From Octopus vulgaris (taxonomy: Eukaryota): a stretch of DNA of 64,000 bases. Under the pieces are notes generated by a model that was not told the DNA's origin, ran no database searches, and was given only the letters and a program-made list of their open reading frames with translations. Below, one piece after another: positions 26,761 through 38,804 of the stretch. Positions within the stretch are counted from its first letter, which is position 1. Each line of letters opens with the position of its first letter. Location: the NCBI GenBank assembly GCA_951406725.2, contig OX597818.1:133858001-133922000 (forward strand). Direction: 5' to 3'. The translations under genes were made by a program, and so were the position numbers.

Positions 26761-27519
26761 CATATGTGTGTATATGTATATATACTTATATGTATATATA
26801 TGTATATGTATACATATATGTATATGTGTATACATGCGCATGCGCGCACACACATACACACACACAATTTTGCATACATTATTAAATGATTTCTCAAAAT
26901 ATATGTTTAATAATATTTTCTGGACCACTCTAGAGATATAAGATAGGTTGAAGAGTCATATTTTTAGATCTTGTACATAGTAAGTTCACTTTTCTAGATA
27001 TAAACTTTAAGGATTTGTAAGAAAATTCTATCATTAATTCATAAAGAAAATTATTTATATTTAAGAGCAACTTCAGATTAGCCTACAACCAACAGATCCT
27101 ATGAGTGATAAATTTAGACTTGAAAACTACCCCAAAAAAACATCAACTTATTCTTAAATAGATTCTGTACAATTTTGGAAAAGATCTTTTAAAAATTAAA
27201 AACAACTTAAAATCATTGCTAGTACATACAGATGTAAAAATTTAGGGAAGAGAAGATGGGAAACAGGAATGTTTTATAATGTTCTGTAGTATTCATGTTT
27301 TGAACAGAAGTGAGATCTTGACAACATTTTTTTTTTAATTAAATTAGTTTAAATATATATTGTTATTTCAATGACTAAATATTTATTGATCCCCAAAAAA
27401 GATAGTGAGAGAATGCTACAGCCAAGAAATATTTCTTTGTTTAATATCCTACCAGCTTAATATCCTACCAGAGTTGATTTAAGAATTCAGTCTAAGAAAT
27501 AGTGTCCTTAATTTTCTAT

Positions 27520-27880
27520 CTTTTATGCGTTTCGGTCATTATACTGTGGCCATGCTAGGGCACTGCCTTGAAGAACTTTCATTTGAGTGGATTGATCCCA
27601 ATACTTTTTTTTTTTTTTGAAGCCTGACAATTATTCTATCAGTCTCTATTTGTTGAACTGCTCAGTTGTGGGGACATAAACAAACCAAACCATGGTTTGG
27701 TCAAACGTACACACATATATAAAATGAGCTTCTTTCAGCTTCCTCTACTAAATCCACTCAAAAGGCTTTGGTCAGCCCAAGGCTATAGTAGAAGACACTT
27801 GCCCAAGGTTCCATACAGTGAGACTTAACCCAGAACCATGTGGATGGGAAGGAAGCTTCTTACCGCACAGCCACACCTAT
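27520..27880 (-). mobile_element. Family C SINE, diverged
   Basis: Similar to 2524-2936. Confidence 0.75.
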
Positions 27881-27924
27881 CACACCTGTATATATAAAAA
27901 TCATTGTGATAAAGGCAGCATATT

Positions 27925-28351
27925 TACTCTTTACCTCTTTTACTCTTTTACTTGTTTCAGTCATTTGACTGCGGCCATGCTGCAGCACTACCTTTAATCG
28001 AGCAACTCAACCCCGGGACTTTTTCTTTTGGTAAGCCCAGTACTTATTCTATCGGTCTCTTTTGCCAAACCGCTAAGTAACGGGGACATAAACACACCAG
28101 CATCGGTTGTCAAGCAATGCTAGGGAGACAAACACAGACACACAAACACACACACGCATATATACATATATATACATATACATATATACGACGGGCTTCT
28201 TTCAGTTTCCGTCTACCAAATCCACTCACAAGGCATTGGTCGGCCCGGGGCTATAGCAGAAGACACTTGCCCAAGATGCCACGCAGTGGGACTGAACCCG
28301 GAACCATGTGGTTGGTTAGCAAGCTACTTACCACATAGCCACTCCTGCGCC
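27925..28351 (-). mobile_element. Family C SINE, young full-length copy
   Basis: Near-identical to 2524-2936. Confidence 0.88.
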
Positions 28352-29014
28352 TTGGTTATCAGAAATTTCTTTCCACATACAACCATGGTAAATATGAAAC
28401 AAAGAAACAGGAAGTGTGGTAATCAATCTAAAGCAATAGTATTAGTATTTGCTAGAACAAATTTACCTTTAAACTAAGCTAGAAATAGAACCATTTGCTT
28501 TTTTTTTTTTTTTTTTTTTTTTGAGTTCCCACCAAAAGCATATTAAATTATGAATATTGTTATAAACATTGCCCAAAATAGGATAAAAATAAGTTTGAAC
28601 TTGGAAACTGTGAAGCAAGAAATGTGAGATTCATGAAATATTTATTTATTTAACGAGCAGTAAATATTTGTAGGTGATGGCTCTTTAACAACTAACCAAT
28701 TAAAAATTTGATGCTGCTGTTTAAAGCCTATCAAGTACATGCTGTTGTTGTTGCTGTTTAGTCCCAGGTAAACACTAACCAGACTAGAAGGAGTATGATC
28801 AGCATCCCATCTTTTATTCAGAGTTTGTCTACATTCTCCAATGTATCCTTCCTTATTCTTTGAACAATAGGGTGTGATTTATGGGAAATTTGGCTGCTAT
28901 TTCTAGTAGACCAATCGACCCTGGAAACATAGCTCAAGAAACATACTGTTATTTGTAGAGGTGATTCTCATGAAATTGATTAAAAAAATACTAGAATTAC
29001 TCAGAAAAAACTAG

Positions 29015-29285
29015 AAGATTTGGTAGACAGAAACTGAAAGAATCCCATCGTGTGTGTGTGTATGTTCGTCCCTCACCACCACTTGACAACCAGTGTTGGT
29101 GTGTTTATGTCCCTGTAACTTAGTGGTTCAGCAAAAGAGACTGATAGAATAAGTACCAGGTTTTAAAAAAAAATAAATATAAGTACTGAGGTGGATTCAT
29201 TCAACTAAAATTAATCAAGTTGGTGCCCCAGCATGGCCACAGTCTAATGACTGAAACAAATAAAAGAATAAAAGTAAAAGAATAC
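29015..29285 (+). mobile_element. Family C SINE 3' portion
   Basis: gatttggtagacagaaactgaaag ... ccagcatggccacagtc..gactgaaacaa. Confidence 0.75.
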
Positions 29286-32184
29286 AAGCAGACTGAAAAT
29301 ATTCTAAAATTCTTGAACTCTTCAGTTTCACTAAATTCTACATTTACTAAACCCCTTCAGTTACTCAACATAAGTAGGGGTTTTTTTTTAATTTTTAAAA
29401 AATTCTCTATATTTTTTACAGCAGACTTTGCATCTTTTTAATTTTTTTTAAATTCAATTACAATAAATTAGCTCCTCAGTTATATTCCTAATTTTGTGGC
29501 ATCTCTAATTATTTTTTCATTTTATCTATGAACCTGAGATTTTTGTGAGATATATTAGTTGAAAATCTGATAATCTTTTTGCACCTGGGTTGAAAAGACA
29601 CTACTAATCCAACACTAGTAATAGTATAAAACTGACAAAACAGCAAACCTATATCTAACAGCACCACCCTATAATAAGTAAATGAGTTAACCTAACACTA
29701 ATCACAGTACACAGCTGTCAAATCAGGTGGCTGGTGTCTTAGTAACAATATCTGTCAGTTAAACTGAGATGAAATGAGTTAAATAGATGTTAAATGATAA
29801 AGAGAAATGCTAACAAAATAATAGGTATAGTGATTTTTTTTCTTTACGTAGCTTCTCCAAACACTGAAATCACTATTTTTAGTATCTAATATCCAATATT
29901 TTGTTGTTTTCTGACACATGTATTTGAAACAAAAAACAAAAGTTTATAATTCAATATTATTTTTGTGGGAACTCAAAAGATACTAATGCTACTATTTGTA
30001 GCTCAGTTTAAAGGCAAAGTTAATTGAAAAGGGCCTGTAGAATTGATCATATCCTAACTACTAATCACAATTCTAACACGATTCTGTTTCCACTCCAAGC
30101 TAATCAATGATTAACAATTAACTTCAATCGGTGCAATTTTATTTTGCTATATCATTATGAAGCCTATCAGATCATCAATGTATGAGTACAAGAACAAAAG
30201 CAAAACATCAGTCTATTATTACTTTCTCAATACCAGCTTCTGTCATTTCAAAATCAAAGTTAAAAATCAATACATTTTAGAGACTATGTATCATTTTTCT
30301 TTTTGCTAATTAATATTTGAAAAATATTTATTATGCTATTGATTTTGCAGAGGTAAAATATTTATTTTCCATAATCATTTGAACTTGTATCTTGAAAGAA
30401 TTCTCTGGTGAGAAAAGTATTTCAAATGAGAACTAGTATACAAGCTAGATAATCATTTAAATCCTTTAAACTCCAATTTCATTACTTCCATTCAATTTCA
30501 AAAGCATCTGAATAATTTTGTTGAGAAGTTACCAATCACTCTCAGAGACAAAGCAATGATGTTGTTATTAAGAAACTTTTACATTCTTGCTTAAAATTTT
30601 AAAAAATTCCTAAACAATATTAGCAAAATAATTAGGTACCTTAAGAAAAGTAACACTTTGTTGTTTTCATCACTGCCTCTACAATCATAACTACCGCCAC
30701 CATCTTTCTGATGATAAACAAAAGAATTAAAATATTTTCCTAAATAGCTATGCTGGTATTCTGTTTATTTTGTGCTTAATGCTAAATAGATATAACTGAT
30801 TTTTTTTTTGTTGTTTTTGCTTTTTACATCATCTATAGCTATATATATACAGACATGGATGGAGATGTAAGCAACAGTCTTGATTTCAATGTAAACAGTT
30901 CTCTTCAGAAAATGTTCTCATCCCTGCATTATTTGTATTTGAAGTGCTACATTCAAATGAAAATATTTCAACAACCAGACTGCTGAGATAGCAGAGTGAA
31001 ATTACTATTAAATCATAGAGTCAGTACTTGAAACAACATTTGCAATATGCCAAATACAAAACACCATAATAGGCAGCAGTAAAACTGTTAAGACTTATAA
31101 AAGAAATAATTAAAATTTGTCATTAGAGAAATATATATCTTCAGTGTTATGAGACCTCCTATTATATATGGTAAAATAGTTTTGTTCTTTATTCGGATAT
31201 CTAGTGACAACATTTCTACTTTCCACATTTATTTTTGCATTTATATTCTCCAATCACATCCCAACACCATCTTACCTACAAAGGCCACAATATTCTTCGG
31301 CCATGCTTGAAATTCTTTCTTTTTTTTTTCTCCTTAATATAGTTTTAATGCTTTTAATCAGTGTGTTACAGATTTTAGAAGCTTGTAGGCTCATGAGGCC
31401 AGCCCTTAACTGGATTTTCAAGATGTTTGGCTGGGAGTACAGACCTTTCATTTTGTGGGGAGTCATGTACTCTCTCTGCAGAACATGGAACTATTACATT
31501 GCAGGGTTAACACTTAGGAGCCACTGGTACTCATTTTCAGCTGAATGAACTAAAGCAATGAAGTACCTTGCTAAATGACACAACATATGGCTTAGTCTAC
31601 AAATTGAATATACTACCTAATTATCATGAGCCCAATACCTTAACCACCAGGCTACATACCTTCACTCATAGGCTCGAAACCAATTAAATTGGTTGTGATA
31701 ATGGCACCATATTTTTGATTTTTAAAAATTCCTCTTTTTCATTCTTTTACTGGAATAAATGGTTTTTAATATTTAACCAAAGAACATTAAATTCAAATAC
31801 TTTAAATGAAAATAAACATTTTATTCAAATTTTTTAGCCATCAAAACTGATATTAATATTTTACTACTTTAAGGCGGCAAGCTGATGGAATCGTTAGCAC
31901 ACTAGACAAAATGGATCTCATCTAAGTTAATTTCCTTCCTAATCAGTAGTCCTATAATGCTTTCTGTTTCTTTTGTAACCCTGACCCATTAATTTAATGT
32001 CAATGCAGTTGCTTCTTTCTAGAGTATCTCCCTTGTTCTTATAACTGTTGATGATGATACTGCAATAACTGCCATCAAATATAAACCTTTATGCAGTACC
32101 TGATTGAATATGTAGGTGAATAGCACATATCCTACTATATTAGATACTTCCAGTATCTCAGCGACTATCATCAGCTGTCTAGCT

Positions 32185-32421
32185 CAGTGGTTCTCAACTC
32201 GGCTCCATATGATCCTTGAGGGTCCATATGAGATTTTGCTGTAAATATTTATGTGCAATAAATTGGTTATACTTCTCCAATACACAAAATATTTTATCAA
32301 TTTTTTAAAATTCAATTCTTACAAATATTAATTATAAAAATATAAGATTTTTTAAACATTGAATGGCAATAAGGATCCACCCAAGTAAATTAGGAATCAA
32401 AGGGGTCTAAAGGTACCACAG
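32185..32421. mobile_element. Non-autonomous hAT (Charlie/Buster-type) element with perfect 8-bp TSD
   Basis: Starts cagtggttctcaac and ends accacag. TSD gtctagct at 32177-32184 and 32422-32429. Confidence 0.85.
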
Positions 32422-32487
32422 GTCTAGCTGCTTTCTCTACTTTCATACATTTATGCACACTTATCTCCAATGGTATTTTCATTCATA

Positions 32488-32718
32488 AGGCGGTGAGCTG
32501 GCAGAAACGTTAGCACACTGGGCAAAATGCTTAGCGGTATTTCGTCTGCGTTACGTTGTGAGTTCAAATTCCGCCAAGGTTGACTTTGCCTTTCATCCTT
32601 TCGGGGTCGATAAATTAAGTACCAGTTACGCACTGGGGTCGATGTAATCAACTTAATCCCTTTGTCTGTCCTTCTTTGTCCCCTCTGTGTTTAGCCCCTT
32701 GTGGGTAATAAAGAAATA
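32488..32718 (+). mobile_element. Family B SINE with 14-bp TSD
   Basis: TSD ggtattttcattca at 32472-32485 and 32719-32732. Confidence 0.88.
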
Positions 32719-33306
32719 GGTATTTTCATTCACACTGATACATTTCTTTGTTATCCAATACACCTCATGACATCAAGTTTACAGAGGATTCAAATCCTAT
32801 GTAAACTTAATGTCTAGTTCTCTTCTTGAAACCTGTACAGTTCATTGATCTTTCTTTCTCTCAGTCTTTCCATAAAAATGTTTCTGTCTTCTATACCACT
32901 TCACCACTATTATACATCTATACTAGCGTCCCCATCTTGATTGTTATAGTCACATTTTGTCCATTGTACCCTCTGGCCTTTTTCAGGTGCTTATTGTATT
33001 CAATGATATTCTTTGAATTTAGAATCAAATCCTGTATTAAATCCACATGGAGAGACTGTTCTCATTCTATTGTCCACACAAGAGATATTCTCCTTTTAAT
33101 CATTGTCCTACTTGTGATGTTCCTTGCTTTTTCCATTTGAGACATAGTATATACTGTTTGACTGCTCCAAGGTTTGAAGCAAATGCTAATGAACTATAAA
33201 GATGGTGAAACTAGTCAGTTCCATCTTCATGCAAGCTGCCAAAAAAAAAAAAAAAACTGATATAACCATAAATCACAGAGGCTAATTTCCCCACAAGAAT
33301 AAATAC

Positions 33307-33495
33307 ATCATCATCATCATCATCATCGTTTAACGTCCGTTCTCCATGTTAGCATGGGTTGGACGGTTCAACTGGGGATCTGGGAAGCCAGAAGGCTGCA
33401 CCAGGCTCCAGTCTTATCTGGCAATGTTTCTTCAGCTGGATGCCCTTCCTAACGCCAACCACTCCGTGAGTGTAGTGGGTGCTTTTTACGTGCCA
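33307..33495 (-). mobile_element. Family A RTE 3' end
   Basis: Conserved block and tail. Confidence 0.8.
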
Positions 33496-34923
33496 TACAT
33501 ATTATAACTAGAAATACATATTTTTTCATAATCCATTCTGTACTCTTTGTATTCTTGTAATTAATTCCAGGTTGTCAATCTTATACCATTATGGCACAAT
33601 TTCGTTTACATTTTAATAAGTAGTAACTAACGTTCAGTAGTTTGAAAGGGAGGGAGAGGTGAGTCCTGCTCATGAAAAAATAGAAATAATAGAACTAGTC
33701 AGTTCGATCCAAGCAAAACTAGTTCATTCCAAGCAGCAGTAAGGAACATGTGACTTAAGCACTAGTTGTATTTTACAGCAAGACTGAATATGAATGGATG
33801 TAGATATGGCTTTATATAAATATTAATATTTCAGAAGTTCTCAAACATCAATATTTTAGGTGGTTATATATGATGAGAGCAAATGTAATACATCATTCAA
33901 AGCAGAGAAAAGCAAGATAAATATGGAAGTGGGGCTTATATAGAGTGATTGTAAGGAAGTTGTCCAAGAGAAATAGGTTAAGTAAAGAGATTCAAGAAAG
34001 ATAATTAACAATATAACTTATGGTTGCTACCATGGACTGGACAGATCTAATAGGCTTTACTAAATGCTCTTCTGGTTTTTTGGAGGGGTTTTTTGTTGTT
34101 GTTGTTGTTTTCTAATCAGCTCTTTGCTTGAATCAGCTCTCCTATGCATGTAACGAATTCTTTTCTTACGTCTTCTTCCACGTAACTGCTTCTTGTAATC
34201 TGTGACTGCTGTAATGCAGCTAAGTACAAAACATTTTAGGAAACATTTGACTAAGCAAGATGTTTTCAAAGCACAACACTTCAGACATCTGATGTAGGTA
34301 AGCTGCCTTGTTTTGTGAGTCTTTACAGCTTTCTGATTCTAAAAACTTGCTCAGGAAAGGATCCAAGAAACAATAATTTCTTTCTTTTTTTACCATTTTC
34401 AGAAAATGCAAATCTATATTACAGATTTTTAGTATATCAACATTGGTAGATAACCAAAGACTAAGTTGACATAAGTATATTACTAGATATTATTTTACAC
34501 ATGATGGATGAGAAGGAGAATGTAAAATGGATATGGATGTGCAGAATGTCAACTAAATCAGCACCAATACGGTGACCCAAAGAGCAAGCATCAATGAGTC
34601 ACTCAAAGAGCTAGAAATAGCATCTAAATCACCCTCATATTACACCCTACTATTCTTAAGGAAGGATACATTGGATACTGCAACCCTAAAAACATTATGT
34701 CTGGACACAGAAAATAAAGAATGGTCAGAAATGGAATATCATTTATCATAGGTGTACTTGATTATGACTGATTGGGGATAAAAATCAACATCATTTTGAA
34801 ATCAATATTTATTTTATGGATATACATATCAATATAAAATAATTCCACATACATACATACACACACACACACACGCACGCACGCACACACACACACACAC
34901 ACATACATACATACATACATACA

Positions 34924-34957
<34 letters not shown>

Positions 34958-35506
34958 CATACATGCATACATACATACAATTTACTGAGGTAGATTTTCT
35001 ATGGCAATCCTCACCTGCTTTCAAGCAAGGTCGGACAGTCAAACACATTTCCATGGAAGAATGGAGACAAAAAAAAACACCATTTGTATGATGGTTATGC
35101 TTTTTAACTATTGCATGATCCAAATCAAAGAGATGCATACACAAACACACACACACACACACACACAGAGTAAAATAGGTGGGAATCAATTAAATCATAT
35201 CAAAAGCAAACCAACAGCAGAGCACACTCATGTTTTGGCTAGAAAGTTCATTTCGAATATTCCAGGCAATTTAACAATTCAAATCACAAGCCAGTACAGA
35301 GTTGGAAAGGTAGTACACTGGTATCAGTTATCCTGCAAACTCAAGCATGTATCAAAGCAATAATAGGTATATTCGATGATGGTGTGATTTATAGTCATAA
35401 GGATAAAATGAATGGGTATTTGAAATATTATTACATATGTTTCCTTAGTGAAATTTATTTAGAACTTGAGTTCATTAAATCACTAGACATGTAACAACAT
35501 GCAACC

Positions 35507-35843
35507 TCATCATCATCATCATTTAGCGTCCGTTTTCCATGCTAGCATGGGTTGGACGGTTCAACTGGGGTCTGTGAAGCTGGAAGGCTTCATCAGGCCC
35601 AGTCAGATCTGGCAGTGTTTCTACGGCTGGATGCCCTTCCTAACGCCAACCAATCCGCGAGTGTAGTGGGTGCTTTTTACGTGCCACCCGCACAGGTGCC
35701 AGACAGAGCTGGCAAACGGCCACGAAGGGATGGTGCTTTTACGTGTCACCGGCACGGGGCCAGGCGAGGCTGGCAACGGACATGAACGGATGGTGCTTTT
35801 ACGTGCCACCAACACGGGGGCCAGACAGAGCTGGCAAACGGCC
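35507..35843 (-). mobile_element. Family A RTE 3' end with 60-63-bp units
   Basis: Conserved block plus about 2.7 tandem units. Confidence 0.82.
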
Positions 35844-36320
35844 TCATGTAACATTATCCAAGTTCATGTTTTTATAAAATGCTACTTCTTAAGACAATAA
35901 TACAACTTTGATGATAAACTTTTTAGATGATAAACCACTAAAAATTTGGTGAAACATATGACAATTCAGTGAAAAAATTCTAAATATATAGAATGCTGAA
36001 TTTGAGGAATTTAGAAATGGTGGGAGAGCATATTTAAGCTAGAACCGATCAAATTCATTAATTTCATGGGCAAACAGATATACTGAATGCAAAGTTCAAA
36101 TGGGGAGTGATAAAAAGATTGGCTCTTTATCCATTGGGCTTCTTTCAGTTTCTACATGTCAAATCCACTCACAAGGATTTGTTTGGCCAAGGGCTGTAGG
36201 AGAAGACACTTGCCCAAGGTATCACACTGTGTAACTGAACTGTCAACCATGTGCTTGGGAAGCAAACTTCTTAACCAAATGGTCACATTATGCTTATATA
36301 TATATATATATATATTTATT

Positions 36321-36378
<58 letters not shown>

Positions 36379-36411
36379 TGCCTGATTATGTATGGATTAA
36401 ATATATATATA

Positions 36412-36609
36412 TTACAGTTCTATATTTAAGAGATGAGGAATTATGTACATTATTTACATTATTTACATTATTTACATTTGACGGATATTTGTCCTCATCT
36501 TGTTTGTTGTTAACATAATGTTGTGGCTGATATACCCTCCAGCCTTCATCAGGTGTCTTGGGGAAAGCTTGAACCTGAGTTCTCATTCCTAAGGTATTTT
36601 TCGATGTTG

Positions 36610-36685
<76 letters not shown>

Positions 36686-36850
36686 CATTATTATTATTAT
36701 TATTATTATTCAGGTAACTGCTTGGAATCAAACTCGGACTCTTGAGGTTAGTAGCCCACGCTCTTAACCACTATGCCATATGCCCATGGGCATATGGTGT
36801 AGTGGTTAAGATGAGGACAAATACCCATCAAATGTAAATAATGTAAATAA
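36412..36850 (-). mobile_element. Composite element: tRNA-derived head, (AAT)n and degenerate hammerhead, with inverted terminal duplication
   Basis: Head gggcatatggcatagtggttaagagc..gagtttgattcc at about 36786-36720. CTGATGAa-ggctg..cagcc at 36552-36525. 50-bp palindrome at 36762-36811. 36809-36850 is the reverse complement of about 36459-36500. Confidence 0.6.
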
Positions 36851-36877
36851 AATATATATGTTTAAAATGTGTGCATG

Positions 36878-36922
<45 letters not shown>

Positions 36923-36998
36923 ATGCATACGTGCATACTTATGACAAGCTAAACAGGTTCATTATTAAAGGAACACAATATAGTTGCTAATATAAATA

Positions 36999-37343
36999 AA
37001 AAGCACCATCCGTTCATGGCCGTTGCCAGCGCTGCCCTGACTGTCCTCCGTGCCGGTGGCACGTAAAAGCACCATCCGTTCGTGTCCGTTGCCAGCCTCG
37101 CCTGGCCCCCGTGCTGGTGGCACGTAAAAGCACCATCCGTTCGTGGCCGTTTGCCAGCTCCGTCTGGCTCCTGTGCGAGTGGCACGTAAAAAGCACCCAC
37201 TACACTCGCGGATTGGTTGGCGTTAGGAAGGGCATCCAGCCGTAGAAACACTGCCAGATCAGACTGGGCCTGATGCAGCCTTCTGGCTTCACAGACCCCA
37301 GTTGAACCGTCCAACCCATGCCAGCATGGAAGACGGACGCTAA

Positions 37344-37377
<34 letters not shown>
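36999..37377 (+). mobile_element. Family A RTE 3' end with three tandem units
   Basis: Inverted relative to 35507-35843 and from the same subfamily. Confidence 0.82.
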
Positions 37378-37378
<1 letters not shown>

Positions 37379-37696
37379 ATTGAAATGAAAACAGATTGGA
37401 CAACCGCATTAAGAAAAGTTGGAGGAGAGAGGATGATGAAGATAAAGAGAAAGTGGGAGGGAAGAGGTGAGACAGCTGAATAAGCAATAAAAAAGGAAAA
37501 AAAGGAAAATAAAAAAAAGGAAGGGAAAGATAGACAGAAAATAGACAGATAGATAAATACATAGAGATAAACAGATACATGGAAAGAGAGTGATGTAAAA
37601 CAACAAGATGCTGGAAAGCCTGCTAAGTAAAAGCAGATTTATGAAACTAATGGTATTGGATCACTTGTGAGTTACATGTATATATTTGTGTACATA

Positions 37697-37738
<42 letters not shown>

Positions 37739-37908
37739 TATGTGCACATATTTGTGTGGTTTTTGTGAGTGTATGTTTGCATGTCTGCATGCAAACACAC
37801 ACACACACACACACAAAAAGCAATGTAACTACTTTGACAAATAATGACACAGCATCAGAATTTCTTACAAGTATTTGGTGACTGTGAATGTTAATAGCTT
37901 TGAGAGCC

Positions 37909-37914
<6 letters not shown>

Positions 37915-37997
<83 letters not shown>

Positions 37998-38000
37998 TGT

Positions 38001-38053
<53 letters not shown>

Positions 38054-38160
38054 TGTGTGTGTGTGTCTGTGTGTGTGTGTGTCTGTGTGTGTGTCTGTGT
38101 GTGTGTGTGTGTCTGTGTGTCTGTGTGTGTGTGTGTGTGTATGCTTGCGTGTGTGTGTGC
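37915..38160. repeat. Long (TG)n/(TC)-interrupted microsatellite
   Basis: About 245 bp of GT repeats. One of dozens of (TA)n, (CA)n, (GA)n, (TAGA)n, (CAT)n, (TAT)n and (TAG)n tracts in the window. Confidence 0.95.
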
Positions 38161-38574
38161 ACATGTGCTTATGTGTGACAGCATTATTTAAAGGGATCCA
38201 CTACAAGTTTTCCATACATTCAGCATATACACCCTTCATTCTATTTGTTTACTTGATTGACTGGTCATTGTTTTTGCATATACTACTACTATAGCTTGGG
38301 AAGTAATAATAAATTGCTACTTAAGTGACTGTGAAGCTAGTAATAACATTGATGCTAGGGTTTGAGGAGTTGGAGAAAGCAAAGAAGAGTGTTACCTTAA
38401 TTGGTAACAAGGTGCATAAGAAAGGTGTTTGTAATAACAGTGAAATTTAGACAATGAATACAGGTGACCTGCTGCAATTGGAGAAGAAAGAAAGAAAAGT
38501 ATGGGTTGTTATATGTGTAATGTTAACGTTACAAAGGAAACCACCTGCAAATGAGTGGGTAAGCAAGTGGTATT

Positions 38575-38804
38575 GCGGTGAGCTGGCAGAAACGTTAGCA
38601 CGCGGGGCGAAATGCTTTGCGGTATTTCGTCTGCCGCTACGTTCTGAGTTCAAATTCCGCCGAGGTCGACTTTGCCTTTCATCCTTTCAGGGTCAATAAA
38701 TTAAGTACCAGTTATGCACTGGGGTTGATAAAATTGACTTAATCCGTTTGTCTGTCCTTGTTTGTCCTCTCTGTGTTTAGCCCCTTGTGGGTAATAAAGA
38801 AATA
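38575..38804 (+). mobile_element. Family B SINE
   Basis: TSD ggtatt(gc) on both sides. Confidence 0.85.
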
